A stretch of DNA of 63,568 bases, counting the filler, from Olpidium bornovanus S191 (Eukaryota; Fungi; Olpidiomycota): the NCBI GenBank assembly GCA_017911155.1. It is 31 parts of 31 records of this genome, joined end to end, with 100 filler letters (N's around TTAATTAATTAA, not from the genome) between each part and the next. Parts side by side here need not be neighbours in the genome. Positions count along the whole stretch, not along the records: positions 20,788 to 23,726 come from JAEFCI010003081.1; positions 23,827 to 25,840 come from JAEFCI010005044.1; positions 25,941 to 29,724 come from JAEFCI010000933.1; positions 29,825 to 31,274 come from JAEFCI010004714.1; positions 31,375 to 32,575 come from JAEFCI010010473.1; positions 32,676 to 37,272 come from JAEFCI010009422.1; 25 more parts are not named here. One strand, 5' to 3'. This document shows, one piece after another, positions 23,340 through 35,670 of this stretch. Each line of letters begins with the position of its first letter. Position 1 is the first letter of the stretch. The notes below the pieces were generated by a model. That model was not told where the DNA came from, searched no databases, and saw only the letters and a list, made by a program, of their open reading frames with translations. Position numbers and translations under genes: made by a program.

Positions 23340-23727
23340 TAATTAGGTCCTTTCAAGATGATATTACGACGGCGATGGCGGAATATCGAAGCGTTCAAAT
23401 CCTGTCAATAAAAATGAGCTCTGCCTGGTTCTCTGTACGGGAGGCGGGCCTATCCGAGAAGGTCGCCTTAACGACCGCCTGCTACAAGCTTACCGACGTT
23501 GCGCAGGATTGGTGGTTGGACCATGCGCGCGACCATCCGGTCGGAGATTCCGGCCACATCCCATCGTGGAAGAGACTCTGCAATGGTTTGGTGTGAGGAG
23601 GGCCGGATCGACGATTCACTTTTCGCCTGCCGGTTCGCCAATTCCAATAGCATTGTCAAGTACAATGCTGAATTCAACCGGCTCTCAATTGCAGCTCGTC
23701 CCCACGCCCAAGTGGATGATCATTGAN
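23340..23727 (+). mobile_element. Frameshifted Ty3/Gypsy-like gag relic
   Basis: KVALTTACYKLTDVAQDWW..HIPSWKRLCNGL, then in another frame SIVKYNAEFNRL; both are Retrotrans_gag-type motifs. Confidence 0.6.
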
Positions 23728-24539
23728 NNNNNNNNNNNNNNNNNNNNNNNNNNNNNNNNNNNNNNNNNNNTTAATTAATTAANNNNNNNNNNNNNNNNNN
23801 NNNNNNNNNNNNNNNNNNNNNNNNNNCATGTTTTTATACCAGTTGTCCACTCCCTCCTCTTCGTCCCATTCCTGTTCGTTTTTCACGTCATCTGACTCGT
23901 TGACATTCGGGTATCTTCGTGTACGACCATCTCAGCGGCTTCTCTGTCCTCCACGTCCTGCTCTGTTGTGCCGCTGGTTGTGACACATTCTTCCCACCTC
24001 TGCTTGATCCTATCACGCGCAGTCAAATCTTGCCAGTACCGAAGACACAAGCCTAACGATGACGACGGCGCCCAGGAACTTCCCCTCCCAATGCAAAACG
24101 AAAAACGGGTGCTCCACCACCCCCGTCCTCCCTGCGCCGTCGTGCATTCCACATCCGGCTCGCGTGGTTGGGGCGGGATTACTCTGCACTCCTGATGACA
24201 ACAGCGGGATGCTTGTGACAGAACAAGTCCGGAATTCAGATTTACTGGCGAAATCGAGTTCTGCAAACAAACGGGTGCTCGGCGGGTAACACTGCGGTTC
24301 ACATCAGTCGAAACTTTCCTCTTACTCCTGACGACCGAGGGTAGTGCGCGGTATTTTGCTTCCTCCCCAAGATCAGAAATCAATTTTTTTTCCTAGTGAT
24401 GCTGGGATCGGTTGCACGTGACCCGCTCCCAGAGCGACCGACGCCGCGGGAAAACCGCGCGGTCCTCTCCCGCGCGAGGTGCGCGGTCGTCAGCTTCCTC
24501 CGCACGCTCCCTGCACGCCCCACTCGCCACTCGCGCAGA

Positions 24540-25805
24540 ATGCGAACGCTGCTGCCGCCACGGCGCCCGTTGCAGGCAGCGGTGTCGACCGCACCCTGGC
24601 TCGCCCGTGCGCCTGCGTTCCTTTTCGGCCTACCCGGGTCGCCCGTGTTGCCCCCTCGCCAAGCGCTCGCCGGAGGACGAAGCCGCGCACCTTCGAGATC
24701 CACGGAGCCGGCGTGTTCCGCCGGACGACCGTCCAGCGCGCGGACTACGCGGACGCGCGAAGCCAGGTTCTTTTCATGTACCGCCCCCGCGGGTGCAAAG
24801 CCCCGGAAGGGCGATGCGGCGGGAGCGCCGAAGAAGCTGCTCGGTCGGCCGTCTAACAACTTGAAGATCGGAGTCGTGGGAATGCCCAACGTGGGCAAGT
24901 CGACAATTTTCAACGTCGTGACGTCCTCAAAGGCCGACGCAGAGAACTATCCTTTCTGCACGTGAGATTTTGAACGTTCCTAAATGGGAACAACACGGCC
25001 CCAGCCAAATATAACTGACAATAGTTGACTGCGTCCCCAACTGGGCTGCACTATGCAGTATTGGTACGACTCGTTTCCTGATCTATGTTTTGCCAACTCT
25101 TTTGAGTCAACGGTTTCCATCGCGCTTACCAGCCTGACAAAACTCAGATCCGCAAGAGGCCCGAGTCGCCGTGCCGGACGTGCGGTTTGAATGGCTCTGC
25201 GCTCACTACAAACCGCAGTCGGAAATACCGGCATACCTGACGGTCATTGACATCGCTGGTCTCGTCAAGGGTGCTTCCAGCGGCGAAGGACTTGGAAACG
25301 AGTTTCTTGCGAACATCAAGGCGGTCGACGGCTTATTCCACGTCGTGCGAGCCTTCGAGGACGACATGATTGCCCACGTGGAGGGCAGCGTGAACCCCAT
25401 CCGAGATATGGTGCGTTCGCTGGCTGTATATTCGGCTTGCGGATGTGTGCGAGGCCGACCGTCAGGCTTCGGCGTCTCACCAAGCAACTTGGCACGTAGG
25501 AAATCATTCACACAGAATTACGTCTGAAAGACGAAGAGGCACTCGTTCGAACTGTTGCCGATCTGACTAAGCAAACCGATAGGATGCCGAAGACTTCCAG
25601 CGTGCGGGAAGAGAAGCTCAATGAACTAAAAGTAGCAAAAAAGCTGCTGAAGCGCGTGGGCGAGGAAAACAAAGATGTTCGCACGGGGGACTGGACCAAC
25701 GACGAGATCGACTTCATCAACACTTTGCGCCTCCTCACGGCAAAGCCACTGATCTACCTTGTCAACGTTTCTGCGGACGATTACGTCGCAGGCAAAAACA
25801 AATGG
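24540..25805 (+). CDS. OLA1: Obg-like ATPase OLA1/YchF with N-terminal extension; 3' truncated
   Basis: [33 protein letters not shown]|, [34 protein letters not shown]|, [18 protein letters not shown]. Confidence 0.95.
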
Positions 25806-26104
25806 TGGGACAGACTCGGGCAACTGTGCGTCTGCGGCGGNNNNNNNNNNNNNNNNNNNNNNNNNNNNNNNNNNNNNNNNNNNNTTAATTAATTAANNNN
25901 NNNNNNNNNNNNNNNNNNNNNNNNNNNNNNNNNNNNNNNNCATGAAAAAAAAGGTACCGCGACCGGGGACGAAGGGACGCGGGAGGTAGAAACGAAACGG
26001 GTGTCCGGGGTCAGAGATGGAGGAGGCTGTGCGGGGCGGCGAACCAACAATAATATCATCTCCTTCCGATGAACAAAAAAAAAAAAACAAAAAAAACCCC
26101 GGAC

Positions 26105-26284
26105 CTCGTCGGTCACCAGCTCGTCGTCCTCGAACAGCCGCAGCGCGAACTGTTCCGGGGCCCTCTGGATGTTAAAGTGCTGGTGGCATATGTTCGATAT
26201 GATCTCGGGAAGCGGCCGCGAGACCTCCACGCTGCACTCGGCTTGGGCCTTCTCGTAAAAGACGATCACCCCGTTGATGAGCAT
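26105..26284 (-). CDS. ELMO/CED-12-like protein, N-terminal Ras-binding (ubiquitin-like) exon
   Basis: VEVSRPLPEIISNICHQHFNIQRAPEQFALRLFEDDELVTDE|gt resembles the ELMO N-terminus (IDQKKPLSAIIKEVC..FAL; fungal ALR..DELVTD). Confidence 0.6.
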
Positions 26285-26935
26285 GACGGGCGGAGGCTTG
26301 GGGAGAGTGTGGGCAGGCGGGGTGGGACGGGCGCGGGGTGCTGCCGCGATCGAAACGCGCGGGGCCGAGGACGGGTCGGACGGCAGGCGGAGGAAGAGGG
26401 GGAAGGGGAGGGAGTTGCCCTATGTTATATGCGTATAACGGCGGTTGGAGATCGGGGAGATCTAAGAGCTTTGCGGCCGTTTGTGGGGGTCTCCTAGGCA
26501 ACCCCAACCAAAACGGCCACACCCCCACCCCGTCCCCCCACTCCCCTCCCCCAATTCCCCCTCCGTGCAAACGCCGCCCGGAAAAGGTGAGGGGGGCAGT
26601 GGGAAGGGGGGGAGGGAGGGGGGGATTTTTGCTTGCGCGATTCGGGGGAAGGGTCTGAATATTCCGAGAGAGAGAGAGAGCTCCTTCGGGCGCGACGTGC
26701 CGACGGGCGGGTTTGTTTTCGTGCAGCAGAGAGACATTTCCCGTTTTGCTCGGCAACCAACCGACCGACCGACCAACCTCCCTCCCACCTTCCCTCCGCG
26801 CGGAAACGGTTTTTTTTTTTTTTTTTTTTTTTTCTCCCCTCGTTCGCCCGGTGAAAAGAAAACGCGCCAAAACAAAAATGACGACACATCGTGTGTGTGG
26901 GGCGGGGCGAGGGTGGGTTGCAGGGAGTACGCGTG

Positions 26936-26945
26936 GTCACGTGAC
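26936..26945. promoter_or_regulatory. GTCACGTGAC palindrome in the divergent ELMO-like/LSM1 intergenic region
   Basis: Direct reading; lies between 26284 (- strand start) and 27368 (+ strand start). Confidence 0.6.
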
Positions 26946-27001
26946 GCGTGGCCCCCCCGCCCTTCCCCACCGGAGGAAATAACCGTGGCGCGCGCGCGCC
27001 C

Positions 27002-27002
<1 letters not shown>

Positions 27003-27033
<31 letters not shown>
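27003..27033. repeat. (TC)n microsatellite
   Basis: Direct reading. Similar tracts at ~37692-37710 and ~46191-46241, (TA)n at ~44343-44361, (AAT)n at ~54199-54222. Confidence 0.9.
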
Positions 27034-27035
<2 letters not shown>

Positions 27036-27367
27036 ACGACGCCGCCCGCCGGCCCGCGCTCGTCCTCGTCCTCGTCCGCGTCCTCCCGACGTCCTCCTGC
27101 GCCCGACGTCCTCCGTCGCACATACTCTTTTTTCCTTTTTTTTTTCCCTTGTTTCGCTTTCCCTTCTCCCCGTTCCCTCGTGCTCCTCTCGCCTCTCCTC
27201 TCCTCTCCTCTCCTCTCTCCGCTCCTCCTCCGCCTTTCCGCCCCCGTCCCGCCGCCACGCGCGCGCGCAAAAAGCCCCGGCTCCTCGCGCGGAGGAGCCG
27301 CCGGGCCGGAGACGTACTTCCCCTCACCACCCCTCCCACCTTCCTTTTCCCCCCCCCCCCGAGGGGG

Positions 27368-28599
27368 ATGGACAACTTCCTTCCCGGAAGCGCCAGCCTG
27401 GTCGACGCCGTTGACAGTGAGTTGGGCCGGAGGCAGCGGAGAAGAAGACAAGAAAAAAAAAAAGAAAAGCGCTGCACCCCACCGCTCTCGTCGTCCCCCC
27501 CTCCCCACCCCCGACCGACCGGGAAACGTGGGGTGGAAGCGAGTGCGGTGAGGAGAGGGAAGGGGAGAGATCCTGCGAACCGGGACTCTGCTTCTCCGGG
27601 TTGGGCGGAGGGGAGGAGAGGGAGGTTTGCGTGGGGAAGGGAAAGGGGAGAGGGTGGGGTGGGGCGGGGGTCCGCAGTTCCCCGCGATTTTGCGTCTGCC
27701 GCCCGCCCTGACAGTCTCCGTCTTCCCCCCCGCACCTCTCTCTCATTCTCTCTGTCTGTCGCTTTTCTTTTCCCGGGTGCCGAACGCCCCACCACGGCCC
27801 CCTTCCCGCGCCGGTCCCCCCCTTTTCGACCGCCCAATCTTCCTTCGACCGCCGGGTCTTACAAAGAGAAACTGCTCGTCATGTTGCGAGACGGCCGGAA
27901 GCTGATCGGCGTGCTGCGCTCGTACGATCAGTTCGGTACGCGAGTGGAGGCAAAAAAGGGGCCCCGGGGGGAAGGAAAGGCGGGCGCGCGACCAAACCAT
28001 ATCCTCGCGCCGACCGGGAAACCCCTTGCCAACGCGGGCGCGCCTGGGGTCCCCCCCTCCCCCCCCCTCCACCTAATATTTTTCTTTGGAATTCTTGCAC
28101 GTCCAGCGAACCTTGTGCTGCAAGACACCATCGAGCGAGTTTACGTTGGGGACGCCTACGGCGACATCGCGAGGGGCGTGCTCGTCGTGAGAGGGGAGAA
28201 CGTCGTGTTGCTGGGCGAAATCGTGCGTATCTTTTTTTTTTTGTTTTTTTCTTTTTGCTTGTTTTCGTGCGGGGAGAAGGGGGGGATTTGGCGGCACAAT
28301 TCGAGAGTAACGTGGGGGAAAGAAGGAGCAGGTGGAGGACGGGCGGGACGTCACCCCTTCCCGCCACCGGAAAAAAAAACCCAAAAAAGACCAAAAAAAA
28401 AAAATCTCGTTTTTTTTTTTCGCGCGAAAAGGATCTCGACCGGGAGGAAGAGCTGCCGTTGCGCCGGGTTCCGGTGGAGACCATCCTGGCCGCGCAGCAG
28501 GCCGAAATCGAGTCTCGGCAGCGGAGGGAAAAGGCCAAGGCGAGGGTCCTCCACGAGCGCGGGTTCGCCGCGAACTTCGAGGAGACCGACGCGTACTGA
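27368..28599 (+). CDS. LSM1: Sm-like decapping activator Lsm1, complete 4-exon gene
   Basis: MDNFLPGSASLVDAVD|KLLVMLRDGRKLIGVLRSYDQF|ANLVLQDTIER..VRGENVVLLGEI|DLDREE..HERGF..TDAY*. Confidence 0.96.
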
Positions 28600-31500
28600 C
28601 GAGCGCGCGCCACGAAACCCCCAACCCCACTTCGCCTTCCTCCCCCCCGCGCCAAATTTTGCGAATCGGGCCCGACGGGACGAGCGGGCCCATTTTCTTT
28701 TTTTTTTCCCCCATTCTTCCCCCCTCCCCCCCCCGCCTTCCCCGCCCCGGCCCCGCCCCCGGCCCCCGGAGGACGAGGAGGAAAAAAAGGCAAAAGGGTT
28801 TGCGGCCGACAACCCCCTCCCCTTCCCCCCGCCGCTGCCGCAGCCGCCGCCGCTCCTCTTCCGGCCCCTCGCGCTCGGAGGCGGACCGAAATTCCGAAAG
28901 ACTCCCCGTCTACACGAACTTTCAAGCGGGGAAGGAGGGGAAGGTGGGGGTGGGGGGGAAGGCAGTCCGGCCGCCCCTTACGCCGTCACGGACCGGGTTT
29001 TGAACGACGAGCCCGCCCGCGGCGCTCCAAATCTCGCCGGCCCGCCAGGGAGCTCCGGGGAAAGGAAGGGACGCGGGTCGCGCGTCGATTGCTGCTCTCG
29101 GCACCGGAGGGTACACTCGCCGCCGGCTCAACCTCTCCCCGGCGAAAAATATGGCGCACCGCCGGAGCGCCAGATGTGAGGGGTTCTCGCCGCGCTTCAG
29201 ATCGAATCATACACTCCTCCCAACCCCCCTCTTCCCCCACCCGCCCGAGCCAGAGCTACTGCGGTAAATATATATCACAACGGCGCCCCGGAGCGATCGA
29301 CCGCATGGGACGGAATTTGTACATCCGCGGTATTCGTGCGAGCAAGGACCCGGAAGCCGCCCCTGTGGAAAGTCGGCGGTTCGGCGGGGGGAGCGGCTGG
29401 ACGGCGCGTCCCGTTTTTCGGGCCGAACCTGCCTACTTCTTCCTCCTCCTTTCAGCCGGCCGCCCCGCCACTTCGTCACGGAAATGTACGCAGAAAAACA
29501 AATCCCTCTCAGAACCGTTTCTCATCGGCAGTCGCGGGGACCGGGCAAGCTGTGCGCCCGCGCGCACACACGGTTTTGACCCCCCGCCGCCGCCGACTCG
29601 CGACATGACGAACTCTCGTCTGCCCCCTTCCCCCTCCTTTGCCGGGTGCGCTTCATTTCCTACTCCCCACCACTTCGAGGCTCGCGGACAGGGGGTAGTT
29701 TTCCGCGGCCCCGAGGCCGTTCAGNNNNNNNNNNNNNNNNNNNNNNNNNNNNNNNNNNNNNNNNNNNNTTAATTAATTAANNNNNNNNNNNNNNNNNNNN
29801 NNNNNNNNNNNNNNNNNNNNNNNNCATGTACCTTGTCCAGGTAATTTCCCTACCTGGAAAAAAGCCTCGTAAAAGGGGAAGTACCCCACCCGGCAGTTTA
29901 TTTCGTATAGGTTGCTTTTTACAACGGGTCAGTCTCGATTCAGCATTCAGATATTTAGCAACTACGCCGTCGACTGGAGGGTGTGGTTCGCAGAAACCTT
30001 CATAGGCCTCAAGCCTTCGGTTCGCACTTGGAGTAACGCAGCCCGCGAGGTTCTCGTTGCGGCTTTTTTCTGTTGTCGTAATCCCTTCGCGAGGTGGCGA
30101 GACGGAGCAAACGGAACGAACTCGGAGCAACAACCTGACGCAAAAGAAAACTCGAACTGCGTGAGGCGCAGCGGGACTCGCCCGCCGTCGTCGTGGAGCG
30201 GGAAATCCTAATCCGATCCTAAGCTCTGCAAGCGAAGCTCGGGGAGGAAGGCGCTCAACGCGGCGACCTTGTTTGGACCGCGGCGCTGTAGAAAAAAGCC
30301 GTCCCCTCGTCCCTCTTCTCCAGATCCCACTCCCGCCGTAAACCTTGCAAGAAATCGTTAACAGAGGCGAGCCAGAGTCCACCTTTGCTGCGCAAGACCA
30401 CCACTTGGCGTGGCGCCGCGTCTCTTTATGTCCCGTTTAATCAAAATTGGTCCGCTTGACTATCGTCGGTCAACGGTGCAAAACCCGGCTTTTAAATAAA
30501 AAAATTCGAGAAAATCGATAAAACAAGAAGAGAGCTGCCAATGTCAATAGACGCCAAATATTCGCCTACACTGCCCAGAGGAACGCAAGGAAAAAAAAAA
30601 GAAAACGCGGGCACGTTGGTGGGATCCTTCGGCGAAACGCAAGCGTGCCCGGCCGTTGTTAACTTTTTCTTCCAAATTCCAGTCTTTGTTAATGCAATAT
30701 AACTGAGGTCGAGCAAAGCGCACCAAGCAGTCAGCTGCACGATGTCGCAAAATAAACTCACCGCGGCAGCTGCCCACGGCAGCCGGCCCGCTCGGTTTCC
30801 GAGCTTTATCAGCGGCGATTAAGCGGAGTTCGAGTATTGACATTCGCGCTCCGCAAGCCGGCGCTCGCGGCGGGTGATAGCGTGGGAACCTATGCAAGGT
30901 CGGCGTCGGTGGGGGCAGCTTAACCGTACACGTATGTCGGCCGCAGAAATCTTACCTGCGAGAACGCCAAATTTCTCGCGCACGCGTGCCGGAAATAATT
31001 TACCCATTACCGGCCACCGCGACCCGTGATATCTCACCGTTGATGCCGCCGGAGCCTTTGAAATGTTAAGCTTTGCAAGGCAGAAACCATTGCCAAGGAA
31101 GCACTGTGTGGGGGTGTTTGCACATTCTTTTCCAAGGAGCACAAACCCCCCCACATGAGGGAGTTTTGTGGGGGGAGGGGGCAACCGGTTCGGGGAATTC
31201 ACAGATTCACGGGGATCACAAGATTCACAGAATCTGCGGAGGTGGGGGCAGGAGCTAGAGCAGGAGCAGAGACCNNNNNNNNNNNNNNNNNNNNNNNNNN
31301 NNNNNNNNNNNNNNNNNNTTAATTAATTAANNNNNNNNNNNNNNNNNNNNNNNNNNNNNNNNNNNNNNNNNNNNGAATGTGCCTACAGGTGCCAACATTT
31401 CGTGAGTTCTGATTGTCGTAAAACACCGGTTTATTCGGATAACCGCACACGTGACTTCTCGAAGTTCTAAAAAACAATGCAACATGAAGGGCGGGGGGAA

Positions 31501-32152
31501 AAAAAAAAAAGGAGGGAACATAATACAATAAATAGGGGGCGGCCCCGGAGACGGGCGGAAGACAAAAAAAAAAAAAGAAAAAGAAAAATAAAACGGGAAA
31601 GAACGTAGCCGGGTATTCGATCGAGCGGCTTGCTCGCAGGACGGGGTGGTTTGAAGGGGAATAAAGGAAAAACAGCGAGGCGAAAAACGATCGACGGGGA
31701 AGGTGGGAAGAGGGGAAGGGTGGGGTGGACGAGCGCTTAATCAGATATCAGGGTGCTACAGGAAAGAAAACCTCGCGAGCAAGCAGGCGACAAATCGCCG
31801 TCTCAAACGAGAGGCGAGGGCGGGGGGAAAAGGGAGTTCGTGCAATCTCTGGAAAGGGGGGAAAAACCAAAAAATCGCCGACGATTTGAATAGAAGAACA
31901 AGCCCCCGGACTAGAGAGAAACGACAAATGCGAGGACGATTAAGCGATAAAAGAAAACGAGAAAAAAACAAGGGAAGGTGGGTGGGGGAAGGTAAAGGAC
32001 AAAAGGCGATGGGCAGCGAGAGGCCAACAAAAAAAAAAGACGAGGCAAAAGGAGCGGATACGGGCCGAGGACGGGCGGGGGGAGGGGGGAGGGGGGCGAA
32101 CCACGACAACCTTTTTTTTGCTTTTTTTTTTCTTCCCCCCACCCCACCCACT

Positions 32153-32559
32153 TCACTTCTGGTTTTTCCCTTCGTCCGTCGATTCGGTCGCCGTCGCCGT
32201 TGCCAACGTTTCCGGGACCATGGGTTTGAAGGGGATGCCGCTCTCGGACTTGGCCAGCCCGTTGCACCCCGTGCCGGCGGTGGTCGAAGGGACGGCGGAG
32301 ACGCCCGACGAGGTATCCGCCGTCGACCGGTCGATCGCGCCGACGTCCTTGAAGGCCATGAGGTCGCCCGGCGCGCGCTTGGGCCGGGGCTTCGTGTAGT
32401 CGTACACTGTGAACTTGTCCTCCATCATCTGCATTTCCGGGCTGCGCACGATCCCCTGCCCCGCCTTTGGCTGCGCGCGCTTTTTGACCTTCAGCGGGTT
32501 GTCTTCCAAGAGGAGCTCCTCGAGCTCGTGCGTCGCGTCGAAGTTCGCCTTCTTCGACT
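32153..32559 (-). CDS. STK32/YANK-family AGC kinase, last exon
   Basis: NFDATHELEELLLEDNPLKVKKR..EDKFTVYDYTK matches the STK32 C-tail [24 protein letters not shown]. Acceptor ttttgcag precedes the exon. Confidence 0.8.
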
Positions 32560-33307
32560 GCAAAAAACAACAAAANNNNNNNNNNNNNNNNNNNNNNNNN
32601 NNNNNNNNNNNNNNNNNNNTTAATTAATTAANNNNNNNNNNNNNNNNNNNNNNNNNNNNNNNNNNNNNNNNNNNNCATGTTTTGTCAGAAATCGATAGAT
32701 TCGGGAGTTCCCGCAATTACACTTTGTTTGAAACCGTGAAGGCACGTTATTTAGAGTTACACTAGCGCAGGGCCAATGACATACCTTTCTTGGCGTTCAG
32801 AGTAAGCTTCCTTGTCTATGTCAGGTAAGCGACAGGAATTTTAGCTTGGTCGAGCAACCAACCATAAAGAAAAGCGAGGGTAACGATTATATGCATCACG
32901 GTATGGGAGGCGACCGAGGAATAGGTGTCATCGAAATCATCTCCAGATTGTTGTGCGAAGCCGCGGACTGCACAATGCGCATGGTCTTCGTCGACCGTTT
33001 AATCAGCGTGAAAGTTGCGCTTGAATATTTATACAAAACGCCGGCTAATGTCGTTAAACCACCAGGGAACCTTGGCGCGCCGAAGAGTGCGAGTTCACTG
33101 GTGGCAGCAGAGCGTAGGCGGCAGAGGAGGCTGTTCAGTGACGCAGCGGTGGGGCCGGCGGCGGGCCACCGCCGGTCGGTATTACGGCGGCTGAGCGGGT
33201 CGAGCGCGCGTGTCCCGCCCGTCCGTCTGAGCAAAGAAGTGCCGTGACGCCGACGCGGTGGCCCAACAAACGTCTTCTGCCGTCGCGTGTTCACCCCGCC
33301 CGCCGCC

Positions 33308-35339
33308 ATGTTCAACTACGTGTTCGGCGCCACTGCAACTGGCGATCCCAAGTTCAAGAGGAGGCTCAAGGTTACCCCCGACCTGGGGTTGGCCGACGCA
33401 GACGTCGCCTCCCTCGACGCAGCCAGGGACCAGTTGCGCGCCGCCCTCGCGTCTCCCGCCGTCGCCAAAGACGCCGCCCTCTGTATGAGGGACGCCGCTG
33501 TCGCCTGGGGAGAGCTTGTCGCGGTGCGATCCAAAACTTCCTCTTCCCCAGCCCCCCACTTCTCTCTTCCCTCAACCTGCTGTAGAAGCTGCCGCAGCCG
33601 CCGACGCCTCGTCGCGCGGTCGCATCAGGCTCCTGGCGGCCAGTCGATTCGTCGCTGATCGCGGCCGTTTGGTTTCCCCTCACACCCTTCCCCTTCCCAC
33701 CGACGGGCTCACCCTCGCCAACCTCGACCCACTCGTTTTTCCAAGGCGTACGAGCGGTACCTACCATGGCTTGAAGGTCTCCGGTCCGTCGTTGGGCGCG
33801 CCGTTGAGAGCCGTCGGAGCATGTACAACGACGCTTTAGGTGCGGGACTCCCGGCTCGAGCGTTGCGTTGTTCTCGTGCGCCCGAAACGCGTGGCTGAAC
33901 CGCGTTCGACGGAACGCCGTGTCCCTCAAAAAGTCTTTACGTGGAAGACCGTTCTGGCTCGCGGCCACAGCAAGGGAAACGTCGAGATCGATTCTCTCAA
34001 CTGGGAGCTGACCTACGTGTACATGGTATGCTCCTCGACGGCGGCCAGGAACCCCAAGCAAAGAAGTCTGCCACTCAACCCGGCCGGCGGGCCTTGCCGC
34101 TTGCGCAGTCGTACGCATACGCGCTGTCCAACCTGGCTACGTATCTTGTGGCGTTCGCCAACAAGTGGCCGTCCCCGCAGTCGCCAAGCGATCCCAGCGC
34201 GCGGCTGTCCGGCAGCCTGGACACTGGCACGCTGGAGTCTCGATACAACCGTGCTGGTCCGTGACAGGCGCAGTTTCCCAATCGGCTGTCTCGAATACCC
34301 GGCCCGCTGATCATCGCCGAACGAAACAGCCGACTTGCTGTCGCACGCGGCCGGCGTGTTCGCCTACGTGGAAGACAAGCTGCTGCCGCTGTGGGTGAAC
34401 AGCCCGGCGAACCGCCCGGTGGAAACTTTGCCGGGGGTGTGCAAAGCGCTGGCACAGTGAGTGCTGGCAATTTCCAACGCGTCGGGGAGCGGGAGGGATG
34501 TGCTGGGAAAACGGTCCGCACCGACGGGGGGACTGATCTCACCAGCTCGCACCGCCCCGTGGTCCAAGAATTGCGCTGGCGAACGCCACCAGGGTGGCCG
34601 TCCAGAAATCACTGTTTACCTCCATACCCTCCCCCGCGCTCTGCGCGAAGCTGATGGCGGACGTATCGCATAAGTACATGCTTGCGCAGGACGCGATCAG
34701 CGCCGGACTCTCCCATCGCGACCGAGACGCCCTGAGCCGGGAGCTTACCAAATGGATGCAGGAGTGGTCCGGGCGCGTTGGTCATGCCCAGATTGAGCGC
34801 TGGGGGGCCATAAGCGAGGAGAAAACGAAGTAAGGCCAGGCGAACTCATCCGCTTCCTAGCAAACACATTGCTCCTCCTCATTCTTTCAGATATAACCTG
34901 GTCTAAAGCTGGAAAAGGGAACCTGTTCTAACCAAGCTTTTGCCCCAGCCAGCTAGGCCTTGCCGTTGGCCGCTCACGGTCGGCGCTAGCGCGGCTCAAA
35001 GAGGCAGATGCTGAAAGCCACGGTGCGAGACAGTTCCGCGCCTTTCTAGCCAGCGAAATCCACGAAGTAGAAGCCCTCGTCCGGAAGTGAGTTGCAAATG
35101 TGTAACGCTTTACCGCTGAAATTTTTGGGCCCTGTCCGTCGCGGCCAGATTGGGACCTGACCTCGCGGCGTTCTCGTCGCCGAAAAATTTGCTACGTGCT
35201 CGAAAAAAGGTTGGAGCTGGACAACGATTCAATCACATTCCAACCCGTGGTGTGCGACCTGTTCAGGCCATTACCGAAATCTCTCTACACGTTGCCGGAG
35301 TACAGTCCGCCGCGTCCGGCCTTCGGGACAGTATTATGA
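33308..35339 (+). CDS. BRO1-domain protein (PalC/BROX-like), probably complete, about 8 exons
   Basis: AYERYLPWL, FTWKTVL..SLNWELTYV|SYAYALSNLA, LLSHAAGVFAYV..LPLW..RPVE..KALAQ|IALANATRVAV..ALCAKL, GLAVG, final exon LELDNDSITFQPV..YSPPRPAFG..* (TGA 35337-9). Confidence 0.78.
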
Positions 35340-35670
35340 CGGGATATAGTATAGATATGACGTCGAACAGAAACAAATATATACCAACGTACGTAACGTA
35401 TCGTGCCACCTACGCGAAGCAGCAATTTCGACGGCTGGTTTGTTTCGTTCCGGAATTCCGGCGCGCTACCTGTGTGATCAGCAATGAGAGCCTTGGAGGC
35501 ACAGCCTGGCCGGTGGATGTGTCGGCGCACGCGAACAACCAGCAGCACGAGCATTTGTGTCGTTGTCGACTCTGCCGCCAAGCCTGTGGTGACCCGTGGG
35601 TACATCGCAGGCACCCACCCACGCCATGGCGCCGGGGTTTTGAGGCTCCGGGCAGAAGAGGCAGACCGAT

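Noticed and set aside
26172-29179. Very long overlapping ORFs (743, 447, 356, 348 aa)
   Set aside because: Stop-poor GC-rich promoter and intron DNA translating to low-complexity P/R/G/F/K; the real gene is spliced LSM1.
29305-29340. MGRNLYIRG as a possible RRM (RNP2) start
   Set aside because: Too short, and no downstream RNP1 exon was found before the contig end.
29825-31274. Possible GPCR last exon (VWFAETFIGLKPSVRTW..FFCC) and minus-strand exon-like blocks
   Set aside because: No consistent spliced frame or diagnostic motif could be established.
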